This document shows, in pieces, positions 51,260 to 63,515 of a stretch of DNA of 64,000 nt. This DNA is from Flectonema sp. DT1601 (Eukaryota). The translations under genes and the position numbers were made by a program. The notes under the pieces were generated by a model, which made no database searches, was not told the origin of the DNA, and saw only the letters and a list, made by a program, of their open reading frames with translations. The stretch lies in contig OZ025797.1 of the NCBI GenBank assembly GCA_964019425.1, positions 310,001 through 374,000 of the forward strand, in the 5' to 3' direction. The stretch's first letter is position 1. The number at the start of each line of letters is the position of its first letter.

Positions 51260-51982
51260 CCATCTAATCCTACTTTTCTAAATAATAAAATAAAATAATA
51301 CCAACATCACTAAATTGATGCTTCTTTGTTTTTTTTTTTTACACAAAATAAAATACATCGACTCTCCATAACAGATTCTGACTGCAATCCGTTAACGAGT
51401 AAAGACTTTCTTGTTCTCTTTTCCCCTCCCGCATCACCATTAGTCACTGTATCTAAAACCAATGTTAAATTATCTTTATGTTTTTATGATACAACACAGT
51501 TGTGATTTTTACAGAATCGAACATACAACCCCTCCCGCTGTAACGGGTTAACAGGGTATCGCTCAACTTGTAGTACGTGGTCAGCATACGTGGGATTTCA
51601 TCGATACCGACTGTTGGTCTCTTTTTATTGAGTTACCTCCCCCCGTGAAAATAGTGAAAATATCACCGCTGGACACTATTCAAAAAACCCCCCATTAAAT
51701 TTCTTTTTAAAATTTTTTTTTTGAAGGGATTTTGATTGCTTGAACAGAGTTGAACAAAGAGCCTATTCTGCAAATCCTATGTGGCATGTTTTTTCTTTTT
51801 TTTTTTCCACCTGCTGGTGATTTTTATTCTGTTGTGCAGTTAGGTTCGGTAAGTCGCACTTCAGTTTGCGTGCCATCCATGACCGACTGCATGCGGCTAC
51901 AAAAAATAAAAATAAAAAAATGTCTCTACAACTGTTGTAAGTGACAAGTTTATTGTGCGTAGGGAAAAAAAAAATAATGAAA

Positions 51983-52070
51983 CCATTCAGATTGGCCTTA
52001 AATTTCGTTGAATGCAGCAAAAACACAACGGCTTTCATATGAATAGTTTCTTCTCCGACAACATCGGTAC
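51983..52070 (-). repeat. Dispersed repeat family B, inverted copy
   Basis: Reverse complement reads gtaccgatgttgtcggagaagaaactattcatatgaaagccg...tcaacgaaatttaaggccaatctgaatgg. Confidence 0.85.
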
Positions 52071-52331
52071 AAAAAAAAAAAAAAAATTGAGAGAGGAGAA
52101 TGAGAAGATAAGCTATAGTTCTCACTTCTAGGCTTAAACCCTTTGATTCGCTCATATTTGATCACAAGTCTAGAGCCTTTTATGTGATTTGATTTGGGAC
52201 GTCGTATGGCATTCGGCATATAATTACTTCTTCACTCAGTATTATAAGTCAACATGTTTTCAGTCGTTTCTGACACTGCTTTAATGTTTTATGAAATCAA
52301 TTAAACAGGAACACAACACATTGTACACACT

Positions 52332-53228
52332 ATGACATCACCAGAGAAAGAGAATAAAGAAAAAGGATTCTGGGCGGGTGTAACAACAGCATTTGAACAT
52401 CTTGTTGATGATGTTGAAGGGAAGCTGGATGGTGTTATGGGTGTTCGGGCATCGGAAGTATCAGTCAATGATGATGAAAAAGAAAACGATAAAGAAAACG
52501 AAAGCGAAAAGGAAACGAAACCAATTACCGAAGAACAACCAGAAGGTAGTAATCAACCTGATAAAGCAGGATGGAAGTCACTACTGGGAGGGTTCGTTGG
52601 TACCATTCAGGAAGTCGCAACAGATCTGATAACTGATGAGACTCCGTTAACTCCTTCTCCTAATGATTGCAAACCAACTGATAAAGAAGAGGAAGAAGAA
52701 TTAGAATCTGAACCACTAACACCACCTCCTTCATACCCAACATTATTAAAAGCTCAGTCACCAGCAGACTCTGTCACAGACTCTGCAGGAACTGATAAGA
52801 GAATTGATAACTTAGTATCTGAGTGGATCCAATTAGTTACGTCTGTTGACAGGGAAGACCCACAGCCATTGGCTGACGTAGTTCAAGAAATCGAAATGGA
52901 GCTCGCTCTGGACGGAGCAATTAAATTAGAAACACTCGACAAGATGGGTCGAACTACTGCTGTTAATCTTTTTATGAATCCATCTGATCAAGGAATTCAT
53001 GAATTATTCTTATCTGAAATAGAAGCAGTCGAGAGTGTTGCATACGCTACGTTACACTCACCTGTGAAGTCAAGTTCTGAACCACAGTCTCCATCATACC
53101 TCTCAGATCAAAATCAAATGGACGTCTTGAGAAGAGGAGTGACTTCGTTACGTGAAGCAGTCTCCCTTTTCTATTCCAGAGTGTTGAGTGGTAAAGTTGG
53201 TAACGAAGAAAAATCTGAGGGAAGTTAA
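52332..53228 (+). CDS. Hypothetical acidic protein
   Basis: 298 aa ORF, CAG acceptor upstream, acidic disordered N-half and helical C-half. Confidence 0.7.
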   Translation: MTSPEKENKEKGFWAGVTTAFEHLVDDVEGKLDGVMGVRASEVSVNDDEKENDKENESEKETKPITEEQPEGSNQPDKAGWKSLLGGFVGTIQEVATDLITDETPLTPSPNDCKPTDKEEEEELESEPLTPPPSYPTLLKAQSPADSVTDSAGTDKRIDNLVSEWIQLVTSVDREDPQPLADVVQEIEMELALDGAIKLETLDKMGRTTAVNLFMNPSDQGIHELFLSEIEAVESVAYATLHSPVKSSSEPQSPSYLSDQNQMDVLRRGVTSLREAVSLFYSRVLSGKVGNEEKSEGS

Positions 53229-53858
53229 TACCATGAGAACACATAAAGGCACATGTCATATTGAGAGCAAGCTACCAGATCATTAAATAGCTGTTTTTTT
53301 TTTTTTTTTTTTTTTTGTAGGATTTTTCTTTTTTTTAATATAAAAATAAGAGCGCACCTTCCCTTCCCCCCTCTCCCCCCTTTTTCTTAGATTGCTAGAA
53401 TATTACGAAAAGGTTTTGATAATTTTTGCTGTACTTTATACCGGTCTTGCCTAATTTATTGTTATTATTATTATTATTATTATTTTGTTTTTTTTTATAT
53501 TTTTTATTCATGCATAGTCCCGTCTGTTTGTTGAGATTAATTGGAATCTGAAACCAATGTTAGTATAAGTAAACATCGCACATCAAAAATATTGAGAGAC
53601 CTTTGTTGCTATAACAACCTAACCTTTTGAACCTTCCTCCACGAACTCTCTCCCCAAGAGAGTAAGTGGTTTTTTCTGCGCCTCGATGTGCATATTTATT
53701 AACTTTGAAGAGCCTGAGTAGCTTTTTGATTGTGTGATTTCGAAGAAACGTGTCATAAACAGAGATAGAAACGGATACCGAAAGGGAAAAAAAAAAAAAA
53801 AAAAAAAAGATTCAATGGTTAATTTTTTTAAAGTGCCTCTCCCCTTCACAAATGAAAC

Positions 53859-54764
53859 ATGGCAGCAATACCGAGTAGTCATGGTTTTGAAAATATATTT
53901 AAAGGGGCTGAGAGAAGGCTAAGAGGAGGTGAATGGATTGTAGCAGGAAAATGCTTAGCAAGACAAGCAATCCGACAAAGTGCTTTAGGAATAGTCTTAG
54001 ATGATGGAGAAGAAGATGAAGAAACACTAAATGACGTACTAAGAACTCCTGTAAGTGTTATTACCAGTGCACTAGCCACAGCAATATGTGGATCAGCAAT
54101 AGATGCAGGAATATGGATGGGACTCACACAGTCTTTAGAACTACTTGTTGGTAAACGTGAAGTACTTCTGCCAGTCGCATGTTGGGGAATTCAATCTGTG
54201 CTAAGGGAATATCGATCTTCTTCAGAAGATTTTAAAATCGATTTCAGACATAATCTCCACACCGCGATGTCCAGAAGAATTGCGAGAAGCTCTCATCAAA
54301 TTGCTATTGACGTTCTTAAAAATACTTCAACTCTTCTATCTGCGATGTACGCCACTCCCTGGGCACTCGCAAACTTCCCATCCTTAGAAGAAGGTCCTAG
54401 AAAGCTTCATTTACTTACTCAGGCTGTTATACCATTCGTGAGTATGACTGCGGTTGAATCTGCTTTGACTTTGAAACTGCCACCGATGTCATCGACGTGT
54501 AGTAATTTTGTTTGGTATGCTGCTGTTCAGTGTGCCTTTACTCCGATAACAAAACCAACTGGAGTCTCACCATACATTGTAATGGGATTAGAATCATCAG
54601 CATCAACTGCATTAGTTAAACAACGATATCGGGAAGTGTCTATTGCTAATCACCCTGATAACCTTGTGAGTGGAACAGGTATTGATTTAAAAGGATATTC
54701 ATTTGCTGACTTTACGAGATCCTATAATGAGATTATGAAGCGGAGAGGAGGGAGGGGAAGATGA
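53859..54764 (+). CDS. Protein with C-terminal DnaJ (J) domain
   Basis: SPYIVMGL..SAS...VKQRYREVSIANHPD...F....RSYNEI J-domain with intact HPD. Confidence 0.8.
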   Translation: MAAIPSSHGFENIFKGAERRLRGGEWIVAGKCLARQAIRQSALGIVLDDGEEDEETLNDVLRTPVSVITSALATAICGSAIDAGIWMGLTQSLELLVGKREVLLPVACWGIQSVLREYRSSSEDFKIDFRHNLHTAMSRRIARSSHQIAIDVLKNTSTLLSAMYATPWALANFPSLEEGPRKLHLLTQAVIPFVSMTAVESALTLKLPPMSSTCSNFVWYAAVQCAFTPITKPTGVSPYIVMGLESSASTALVKQRYREVSIANHPDNLVSGTGIDLKGYSFADFTRSYNEIMKRRGGRGR

Positions 54765-55076
54765 AATCTCTAGACGTCTCTAATGGACATCTCTACCAAA
54801 AGAGAGAATGAGAATTTTCTCTGTTTTGTTGTTGCTTTTCCCAAATCCGAAAACTTTTTGCGTTCTGAGCTAAAAGGACCCTCGTGGCACTGGCCCGTGT
54901 GGTTCCTCCGTAACGTACAGTTGTTAAAGAATGAACTTTTTCACCTTTATACTTTCCTCTAGGTATCTACATATTGGATGAGCTGTTTATGCGTAAGAAA
55001 ACAATTTAAAAAACAAAAAAAACAATTGAAATTGATAACATTTTCCCCTCTCAGCTCAGGAAGGCAAATCGTAACC

Positions 55077-56249
55077 ATGGCAAGTGTTAATATAAATGAA
55101 ATAGAAGTTGATGGTCACAAAGTAATTGAAGTGATGCTCATGAATGGAAATGAGATGAGCGCGAGAGTAATCAGTTGGGGAGCAACCTTATGCGATTTAA
55201 AGATGACAGACATGTTTGGGAAGGTATCGGATGTGGTTCAGGGATTTGATAATGTGAACTCGTACATTAATAGAAATCCATTCTTCGGTTCAACTGTTGG
55301 AAGAGCTGCTGGTCGGATTGTTGATGGCAGACTTACACTACCTGGTGATGATAAAACTTATCAATTATCAAATTGTGACTTACAAACTCTAAACTCAAAC
55401 TGTCATCTTCACGGTGGACCCATCGGATTTGATAAAGTAAACTGGAAGTTAGACGGCCATACTATATCTGACCACGGAGTAGCAGTCGCATTCTCATACA
55501 AATCACCTCACCTTGATCAAAATTATCCTGGTGAGCTATTCGTGTCATGTACTTATACGTTAACAGAAAGTAATGACTTAGAGATCAAGTACACGGCAAC
55601 GACAACAGCTGATACAATATGTTCATTGTGTAACCATTCGTACTTTAACTTAGCAGGTCATGATGCTGGTTCAGATGCAATGGGTGAACACATCATAACA
55701 CTCAATAGCTCGAAGTATCTTCCAACTCACGAAGCAGCATCTGAGCCAAGAACACACCGACTCAGGGGATGTTATACTGGTGAAGAACTCGTCGTCTCTG
55801 ACACGGCACATGATATGAGAAATGGTGTTTTATTTAGAGAAGTAACGGAAGCTATTGAAAAGTCGTACCCAGGTTGGATTCACGGAGACTGCTACATTGT
55901 GGATGATAGTCCCAAAGATGATGAAATGCTTCTCTGTGGTACCCTCTTCCATCCACCTAGTGGAAGGTTAATGACCATTACGACTACAGAGCCATGTACT
56001 CAAATCTATTTTGCTACCCTTCTCGATCTTGAGGATTGTAAGTCGGGTAAAAATTATTTACCGAAGTCTAGTTTTTGTATTGAGCCTCAGCGATTCGCTG
56101 ATTCTGTTTCTGCTGTCCCGCCTGCTGATCCGATTAAGGCGGCCTACAATAAGAAACATGGAGATAGTCTTCTTCTAAAGAAGGGTGATACTTACGAAAA
56201 TAAAACAACATACTCATTCTCTATTCAAGAGCCGATGAGCCCTTGTTGA
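55077..56249 (+). CDS. GALM: Aldose 1-epimerase (galactose mutarotase)
   Basis: FFGSTVGRAAGRI, HLHGG..GFDK, YPG.L, NHSYFNLAG, FCIEPQ motifs. ATG 55077 follows the ttttcccctctcag acceptor. Confidence 0.93.
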   Translation: MASVNINEIEVDGHKVIEVMLMNGNEMSARVISWGATLCDLKMTDMFGKVSDVVQGFDNVNSYINRNPFFGSTVGRAAGRIVDGRLTLPGDDKTYQLSNCDLQTLNSNCHLHGGPIGFDKVNWKLDGHTISDHGVAVAFSYKSPHLDQNYPGELFVSCTYTLTESNDLEIKYTATTTADTICSLCNHSYFNLAGHDAGSDAMGEHIITLNSSKYLPTHEAASEPRTHRLRGCYTGEELVVSDTAHDMRNGVLFREVTEAIEKSYPGWIHGDCYIVDDSPKDDEMLLCGTLFHPPSGRLMTITTTEPCTQIYFATLLDLEDCKSGKNYLPKSSFCIEPQRFADSVSAVPPADPIKAAYNKKHGDSLLLKKGDTYENKTTYSFSIQEPMSPC

Positions 56250-56475
56250 TCCAAAGTGGAAAGTTCTCAGCTGGTTGTTTTCCTTTTTAACCATTTTGTA
56301 CCATTTCTGGCATTCGTCTGCCTTGCTTATCTCATTTCACTTTTTTTTTCTCTAATTTCTTTTTCTCTTTGAGCTTAACTGACTTAACAGTTTCTTTTAT
56401 TTAATCTTTTTATTTTGGTTGTTGTTTCTTGTTGCTGATTAATTCCTCGTACACTTTATCGAAAATTTTATGAAG

Positions 56476-56506
<31 letters not shown>

Positions 56507-56558
56507 AAAAGAGAAGTGGAAAAATAATTACTACTAGTTTTTACATAAAGTCTAAAAG

Positions 56559-57095
56559 ATGGCTGATGAATTGCGATGTACGGAATCAGATAGAGAACTG
56601 TTCGAAATGTGTCGCACAGGAAACATTGCTGAGGTAACTACCTTAATTCATAATAGTAAAGCACGTCCAGGAGCATACGTCGACTACTGCGGAAAGAATG
56701 GATTAATGATGGCAGCTGAGAGGGGACATTTAGATATTATTAAAATCTGTATTGTGGCTGACCCTTCAGTATTGTTATCTACTTGTGAAGACGATACCGA
56801 TGCTGTCGCTCTCGCAGCTGCAAACGGTCACCTGCAGACTGTTCAGCTGTTGCTCAATTCACAAAAACAATACTTCCCAAAAAGATCATTTTCTTTAACA
56901 ACTGCCCTCTCTCTCGCCAGTTATAATGGTCACCTTCCGTGTGTGAAGTTACTATTGCAGTTTGGTGCTGATCATCGCACCCCAGATACTGACGGTGCTG
57001 TTCCGTTAGAGAATTCAAAACTCTTCGGATCTCATCCAAAGCAGAAACGTCTTCAGAGACACGAAGACACTGCGAAATACCTCTCAAAATTATAA
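56559..57095 (+). CDS. Ankyrin-repeat protein
   Basis: LMMAAERGHLDII, ALAAANGHLQTVQLLL, TALSLASYNGHLPCVKLLLQFGAD. Confidence 0.9.
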   Translation: MADELRCTESDRELFEMCRTGNIAEVTTLIHNSKARPGAYVDYCGKNGLMMAAERGHLDIIKICIVADPSVLLSTCEDDTDAVALAAANGHLQTVQLLLNSQKQYFPKRSFSLTTALSLASYNGHLPCVKLLLQFGADHRTPDTDGAVPLENSKLFGSHPKQKRLQRHEDTAKYLSKL

Positions 57096-57273
57096 TGAGA
57101 TGCGACACCGTAAAGTTGATTAGGATATATTATTTGCGGGTTTGAGTACTTATACAGAAGCAACTGATCAGAGTTGATATCTGTAATCGATTAATTGTTT
57201 ATGATATCGGGTGTGTTAATTGTGATATCTGTTTTACCCCCTTCAGTTTTCCTTTTTCCCATTCTTTTACAAA

Positions 57274-57732
57274 ATGACAAATTCATGTAGTGATATGTGT
57301 CCCGACTCTCCAGATGATTGTCCTCCGCTGATGCTTGATGAAGGAATCGAACTTGACGATGATATCGAAGCTCTTGACAGAGCTGACAATGAAAGTGATG
57401 AATCAATGAGTACTACGACTACAACAACACTACCAGGTTCAGAGGTAATGGGTGTTCCAATTTCTCATAAGAGAATGACTCTGTTTTCAATGATACCAAT
57501 TGGTGGATTTGTTCAACCGATTATGCAACCGATTGTCAACTATGTTCCTGTTGATAGAGTCAGTGAATTAAATCAACTTGGTATGCTACCAACTGTGACT
57601 GCTACTCCAGTTGAGTCATACCCAATGATGTCTAATAACACTATTCGCACTGCAGACTCTTACTTAGGACTGAATATACAAGCAAGAGAGTTCCGCCCAC
57701 AGATAGTTGAGGGAACCCCACTGTGGAGTTAG
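57274..57732 (+). CDS. Small acidic protein with C-terminal PAM2 (PABP-interacting) motif
   Basis: 152 aa; D/E-rich N-terminus; LGLNIQAREFRP matches the PAM2 consensus LNxxAxEFxP. Confidence 0.7.
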   Translation: MTNSCSDMCPDSPDDCPPLMLDEGIELDDDIEALDRADNESDESMSTTTTTTLPGSEVMGVPISHKRMTLFSMIPIGGFVQPIMQPIVNYVPVDRVSELNQLGMLPTVTATPVESYPMMSNNTIRTADSYLGLNIQAREFRPQIVEGTPLWS

Positions 57733-57870
57733 TAGTTATGCTTATCCTGAGAGAAACTTCAATGGGTCATTCGACTAAGTTTTGATGATGACTGATTTCT
57801 CCACCTTCTGTTGGTACCAATGAAGATAAATCGCATGCGTTCCCATTTTTTTCAAAGAAATAAATCCAAG

Positions 57871-57900
<30 letters not shown>

Positions 57901-57902
<2 letters not shown>

Positions 57903-57972
57903 ATTCGGATAAAAGTCTTTATACTTGTTGATCGCTTCATCTGAATAGTTTGTTCTCCGACTTCGTCGGTAC
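57901..57972 (-). repeat. Dispersed repeat family B, inverted copy inside a poly(A) tract
   Basis: Reverse complement reads gtaccgacgaagtcggagaacaaactattcagatgaagcgatcaacaagtataaagacttttatccgaatgg. Confidence 0.88.
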
Positions 57973-58846
57973 AAAAAAAAAAAAAACGAAAAAAAAAAAA
58001 AAAGAATATTATTCTTTGTTGGTACTGTCGTGGTAGGAGATGACGATCTGTCGTATCTGTTGTTTATTTTATTTTTTATGTCTTGTGATTTAATTTTCCT
58101 GTCCCACCTTAAGATATCGTGCGGTCATAGTAGTCCACGCATATCAAACGGGAAAACGTAGCGTGTCTTTTTTCTTAACAATCCCCCCCTCCCTTGGAAT
58201 TGTAGCTATTTTCTAGTCGTTTTATTATTACCCGTTCGACGTAAATGACAGGATAGTTATTATTTTTTTATTATTATTATTGTTTTTTATTTTTTGTTTT
58301 TTTTTAAACCCTTTGGTACTCTTGTATTTCCCTAATTTAGCTTTACTTGATGATGAGCACACCGTCAGTCAAAACTAAATCCGCTGTTCAACCTTCACCT
58401 TCACTTTCAAATTTAAAAACAGTAGAAAAAAAAAAGAAAAAAAAAAAAAAAAAAGCAAAATAAATAAGTATCACTGTAGGGAATCCTGTGTATTGTTTTC
58501 CTCTTCACAGCGAACTGTCTGAAATTCAGAATAAACGGACAAAACTTTTTATTTTTTTTCCCGCTGTGGAGGCGCGAGTTATCTTATGTGGGTCCCTACG
58601 TTGATCGAACGCTTTATTTTTTTATTTCTTCTCTCGCCAGCCTTTTCACTCGCAGTGCAATAGGGATTATCAGAAGGCAATCTTTATTTCTATTTTGTTT
58701 GCTTTGCTGGCATTGTATTTTCTCCTTGATTTTTTTCATGTGGGAGAAAAAAAAAAAAAAAAACTAAACGTGATTCTCCACTACATTCCGCATGAGCTGA
58801 GACGTAGTGTGCGAAACAAATAGATAGCAATACATAGTTATTATGC

Positions 58847-58878
<32 letters not shown>

Positions 58879-59162
58879 AAAACTTCCTTTTAGCGTTCTG
58901 AAAACTTCAGAATACTACAGTACTACCCTGTCAGAGAAACAACAACAAGAAGATTGAGTGTTTCGATCTAATGACAAAAGGAAATTATCTGATTTTATTG
59001 TTTTTTTTTTTTTAAATTAATTTAAAAATTTCAACCAGAGGGAATAGACTTTTCCATTTTTCTTATTCCTCGCTGGAAATAAGTTTGGTCAGCTGTTGCT
59101 TTTGAGTAAAAGTAGGTAAACGTATATTCAATGCAACACTCAGTCCCCCTGACCTACACTAG

Positions 59163-59925
59163 CATTACCTTTAGTCACTGTATCTCAGAACTAATGTTAA
59201 ATTATCGTTATGTTGTTTATGATACAAAACATTCGTATTTTACGTACAAACTCGAACAGTTAATCCCCCTGACAGCCGCAGATTAATTTGATTATTTTGT
59301 TTTTATTTCTTTATGATATCCTTTGACTGACTCCAACTAGACATTTCCAATTGTTTTGGATTCCTTCTTTCTTATTTGATAACGATATCTATGAAGGTTT
59401 TCATTCAGATGGTTTAATCGTTCTTGGCAAGAAACACTGAGATCTCAACTCCCCCTTCTACACCATTACTGATAATGAGAGAATAGGGGTAAAAGAGGTA
59501 TATGGATTACTATTAATTCACCAGTATCCTTATATATCCTTTATATCGTTAAATTATCGTTTTTATGTTAATATGATACGGTACAGTTGTGTAATTTAAA
59601 ACATTCATCGGCTGACAGATCAAAAAAAAGTACTGCTTCCCCCCCCTCCTCTGTTGTTTATGATACGATACATTTGTATTTTACGTACAAAATCAAACAG
59701 TTAACCCCCCTCCTCAGCACTCTTTCGGTTTAAACTTATTACCTATTTTTAGTATTGTAAAGTTTATTACTGTTTCTGCATTGTTAAACTATCACCCCCC
59801 CCAGCTCGAAAGAGACAAAGGAGACATGTATGCGGATAAGTTAGAAACATTTATTATAATGTAAAGTGTTTACCTATACTAACATTACTTTTAGTTAACT
59901 GTATCACAACTATCGTTTATTTTAG
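59163..59925. repeat. Cluster of repeat family D copies (59163-59270, 59548-59595, 59653-59710, 59883-59925); another at 51432-51535
   Basis: cat.acc.ttagtcactgtatct....aatgttaaattatc.ttatgtt.ttatgatac shared; gtattttacgtacaaa.tc.aacagttaa.cccc shared. Confidence 0.8.
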
Positions 59926-61954
59926 TTAACTCTGGTACAATACAGATATTTATTTCTTTATAAGTATATTCAAGCATTTCAAACCCCCCTAGCTAAATAA
60001 AAGTGTAATTTCACCGCTGCTGTTAGTCTGGTCAGAGAGAATTAACTTTCTTTGATGAAATAGAAACGAAAAGAAAAGTTCTGTACAAGCCTTGTCCATT
60101 TCTCCTCCGCCCTTTTTGTATTTTTGCGCGAATCTCCAGTTAATCATGCAAAGAATTTCAGCTTCATGTGGTTGACTGTGTTTCTCAAAGTTACTTCTTC
60201 CCTATTCTAAATACTTTCTTTTTAATTTATTATTATTGTTATTAAAAGATAGTGGATACCTGGGGGAGAAGAGCTTTTTCCCTCCCCTGGAGCTTCACTC
60301 TTCTAATAATTGGTTATGAACACACAACTAATATTCAGTGTGGGATTGACATAATGCCTGACCACCGGTAGTAAACATTTCCCGCTTCAATTTCTTTTGG
60401 GAAGACAGCAGATTCTAACGTATGGTTTCCGAAACCGACACTCACCTTGAAAGGGTCATTTCATTGTGGAGGTCTCATGTATGTGAGAAGGCAAATTAAA
60501 CAACATTCACATGTTCGCAGTGAGTACTCCCAATCCTGTTCCTTTCCGGTGTCTTTTGTGTTGGGATTTTACGGTTTTCCCCAATTTTGTTGATGTCTTT
60601 TTTTTTTTTTTTTTTTACCTCCCTTATTCTTTTCTTCAATGAACTTTTTTACGTGTTAAAAAGAAAGTTAGCAGTAACAGAACCTGTTTAAACTTTCTGA
60701 CCTCGTCAAGTTTATTTAATTAATGTTTTTAAAAAAAACAACAACCGCTGCGCTCTCCCTTTAATCATTTTCCCCCTATATTTTCTTTATAAAGGTAACT
60801 TTGAAGGCATTTATATTGTTTTCACCATAAACGCAAATTAAGGTAGCTACAGGGTTGATCTGATTTTAGTTGTGTATTCGCTGGAAAAAAGAAAATGACT
60901 GTGGACCTTGATGTTCCAGATAATAAACGGACCACCTGAGTTTTTTCTTAGGTCTGTTATGCATATTTATGTCTAAGCGAGAGCATCACATCGTCGTGCG
61001 GGTGACCAGCGCTTTCTGATAGCGTTGTGAAGTTATTTACTCCAATCTCCTTTTTTTTTCCCCCCTCCCTCCTCCACACCCCAATGAAGCTTATTCTTTT
61101 GTCATTTCTTTCAGTTTAACTTAATTGCTTATTTTAGTATCATGAGGTTTATTACTGTTTTCTACATTGTCAAACTGTAACCCCCTCCCCATTTTTTTTA
61201 ATTTTTTTTTTTTTTTTTTTTTTTTCGTGGTAGGATCGGCAGAAACTCTAACGAAAAAAAAGTAAACAATAATATATTCTCCTCTTACCGTTTTTTTCAA
61301 AAAACACAAAAAAAAAAAAAAAAAAAAAAACAACAACAACAACAACAACAACAACCACACGCACAGTATCCAATCGGTTCATGTTTTGATTCTCACGGAG
61401 TTCCTATAATGTGAAAATTTCCCTATTTTATTTTATTTAGTAAATCGTATCGTCGGTTTAGATGTGGTCCTTTGAGCCTCTTACAAAGCTTCTGTCTTTC
61501 CGATGTTATAAAATACTAAATACTCAATCAACCAAAGCAACCTCTCTTTTTGAGGGATGTTGTAGAGAACGTTATGTAACTGTCGGGTGATTGCCTGCTG
61601 TTACTTTTATTTTCTTTTTATCTTTCCTCCCTCCCCAACTTGATAAACGCCTCTCCCCGTGAAAAATTCTTCGAAGATGAAATCATCGGTGCATGCTTCT
61701 TCTTTTTTTTTTTTGCCCTCCATTTTTTTCTTTCTCATTCAAGAACAGTGTTTTCTTCTTAGTTTAAGTACGGAATAGAATTTAGCTACACTATTTTCTT
61801 TTTTGAGGTTTGTTCGTTTTTAGTTAACTGGGTTTTTTTTTTATTTTTTTTTTTTTATACATTTTTTTTTTTTTTTTTTTCAAAAATACATGTTTAAGAG
61901 AAGAATCCTTAAGATACTCTCTCAAGATTACTTTTGAAGAGAAAAAAAAAGGAA

Positions 61955-61990
<36 letters not shown>

Positions 61991-63515
61991 ACGAACAGTA
62001 GAACAACTAGTCGATGTTGGTGTATCACAACCTGATGTGGTTACGTCACGTAATGTCGTACATACCGCATTGAAACATGGATGTGAATAGAGGAATATAT
62101 ATATTTTGCACGGGAAATTCGGTGGCCCTCTCAATTTAAAAAAAAAAAAAAAACGTTAGCAATCTTTATTCATATTTTACCCCCCCCCTTTTTTTTCCCA
62201 TTCCAAAACGTTTCTTTCCACTTCCCCTCTTCGCCAGATTAGATGATGAGAGATAGCTGTGGGAATTAAGTAAATGAAAAAAAAAAAAAAAAATTAAAAT
62301 AGCTGTGTGCCCTTATACTGATGTTCAGACTTCGTTACTGTACGTTATTGAAGTACTAATGGTAATTTTTTTTTTTTTTTAATTTTATTTAATCATTATT
62401 TTATTAAATATTTATACTTAATATTTCAAACACTATTGAGTGACGTTTTTTTTTTTGTTATTACTATTTTTGTTCTACTGTGTCAGCGCAACGTTAGCAC
62501 CCTTTACTTTGTAAGCTTGTTTTCGGTTGCGCGCAAACAAAAACAAAGTGTGAGAATTATATGGTGGAATGTCGATTTTTTTCCCCCCTCACCCCTTTTT
62601 TTTCTCGTTCTGGTGTGGAGAGTAACAGCTCTGTTCATCTTTTTGTCCCCCGAAAGGAAATATTTGCAGAACATTTGCGATGTTATTGTTGCCGTAGTGT
62701 CAACAAGTGTTTGTTTACCATCTGCATTGATATTCTTACATAAACAAGTTCTATAAAAAATCAATTACTGAGTTTTTTTTCTTCTTTCAGTTCCTTTCTC
62801 GATGGGAATTAACCCCTTTTTTTAAACAATCAAGTTCTGTGACATAACTTAGCACCAACTCACTATCTCGATTTGCTGGTACAGGCATCCTTTACAGTGG
62901 ACTACGACGCATCTTCGATTCCCACTCTCTCGTTCTTGATTAATTAATTAATGATTAATGAATGATTTTTTGGATGTTTCGTCTTCGCAATCCACATCTG
63001 TCCTTATTAGTCCGGGGAAAGAAGAAAAAAAAAAAAAAAAAAAAAAAAAAAGGTGCAGAATTTCTGACTGGAAAGAGAGAGAGAGAAAAAAAAAAAAAAA
63101 TAACAAAAATGCAAAAACATCGATCTTCATCACGGTGCAAGTTAAAGGGATTTTCTTCAAAACTTTTAATGTTTCAGTGATGTATCTAATGCCCCAGGCA
63201 TGGTCGTTTACGTACATTCTTCTTCTTTTTTTCTTTTTTTTCTGCCCTCTTGACGCCGTCCTTTCTGTCTGTAGCTTTCCTCTCTTTTCCAAACGATTTT
63301 TTTTTTTTTTTTTTTTTGTTTTGTTCCCGTCCACATGATGATAAACTCTAAAACTTAACGTAATAAATAAAAAAGCATCGATTTCTATCTCCAGATGTAC
63401 AAAATTATGTTGCATCTTCAACAGGAGCAACAACAACAACAACAACGTTTCGTGTTTATTAGTTTTTTTAATTTATTTAAAAACCTAACATTTTTAGTAG
63501 TAAAAAAAAAAAAAA

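Noticed and set aside
53429..53439. ctgtactttat, resembling the 3' part of euglenozoan spliced leaders
   Set aside because: Only 11 nt in AT-rich DNA, with no rest of an SL exon or SL RNA gene; expected by chance.
133..57732. Alternative genetic code or stop-codon readthrough
   Set aside because: TAA, TAG and TGA all terminate full-length conserved proteins at expected positions; no in-frame stops interrupt domains.
3433..63445. Many 60-165 aa ORFs rich in poly-Phe/poly-Lys (e.g. 3678-4040, 22916-23323, 30529-30936, 50515-51136, 62948-63445)
   Set aside because: Produced by poly(T)/poly(A) tracts in spacers; non-ATG starts, no domains, no coding-like composition.
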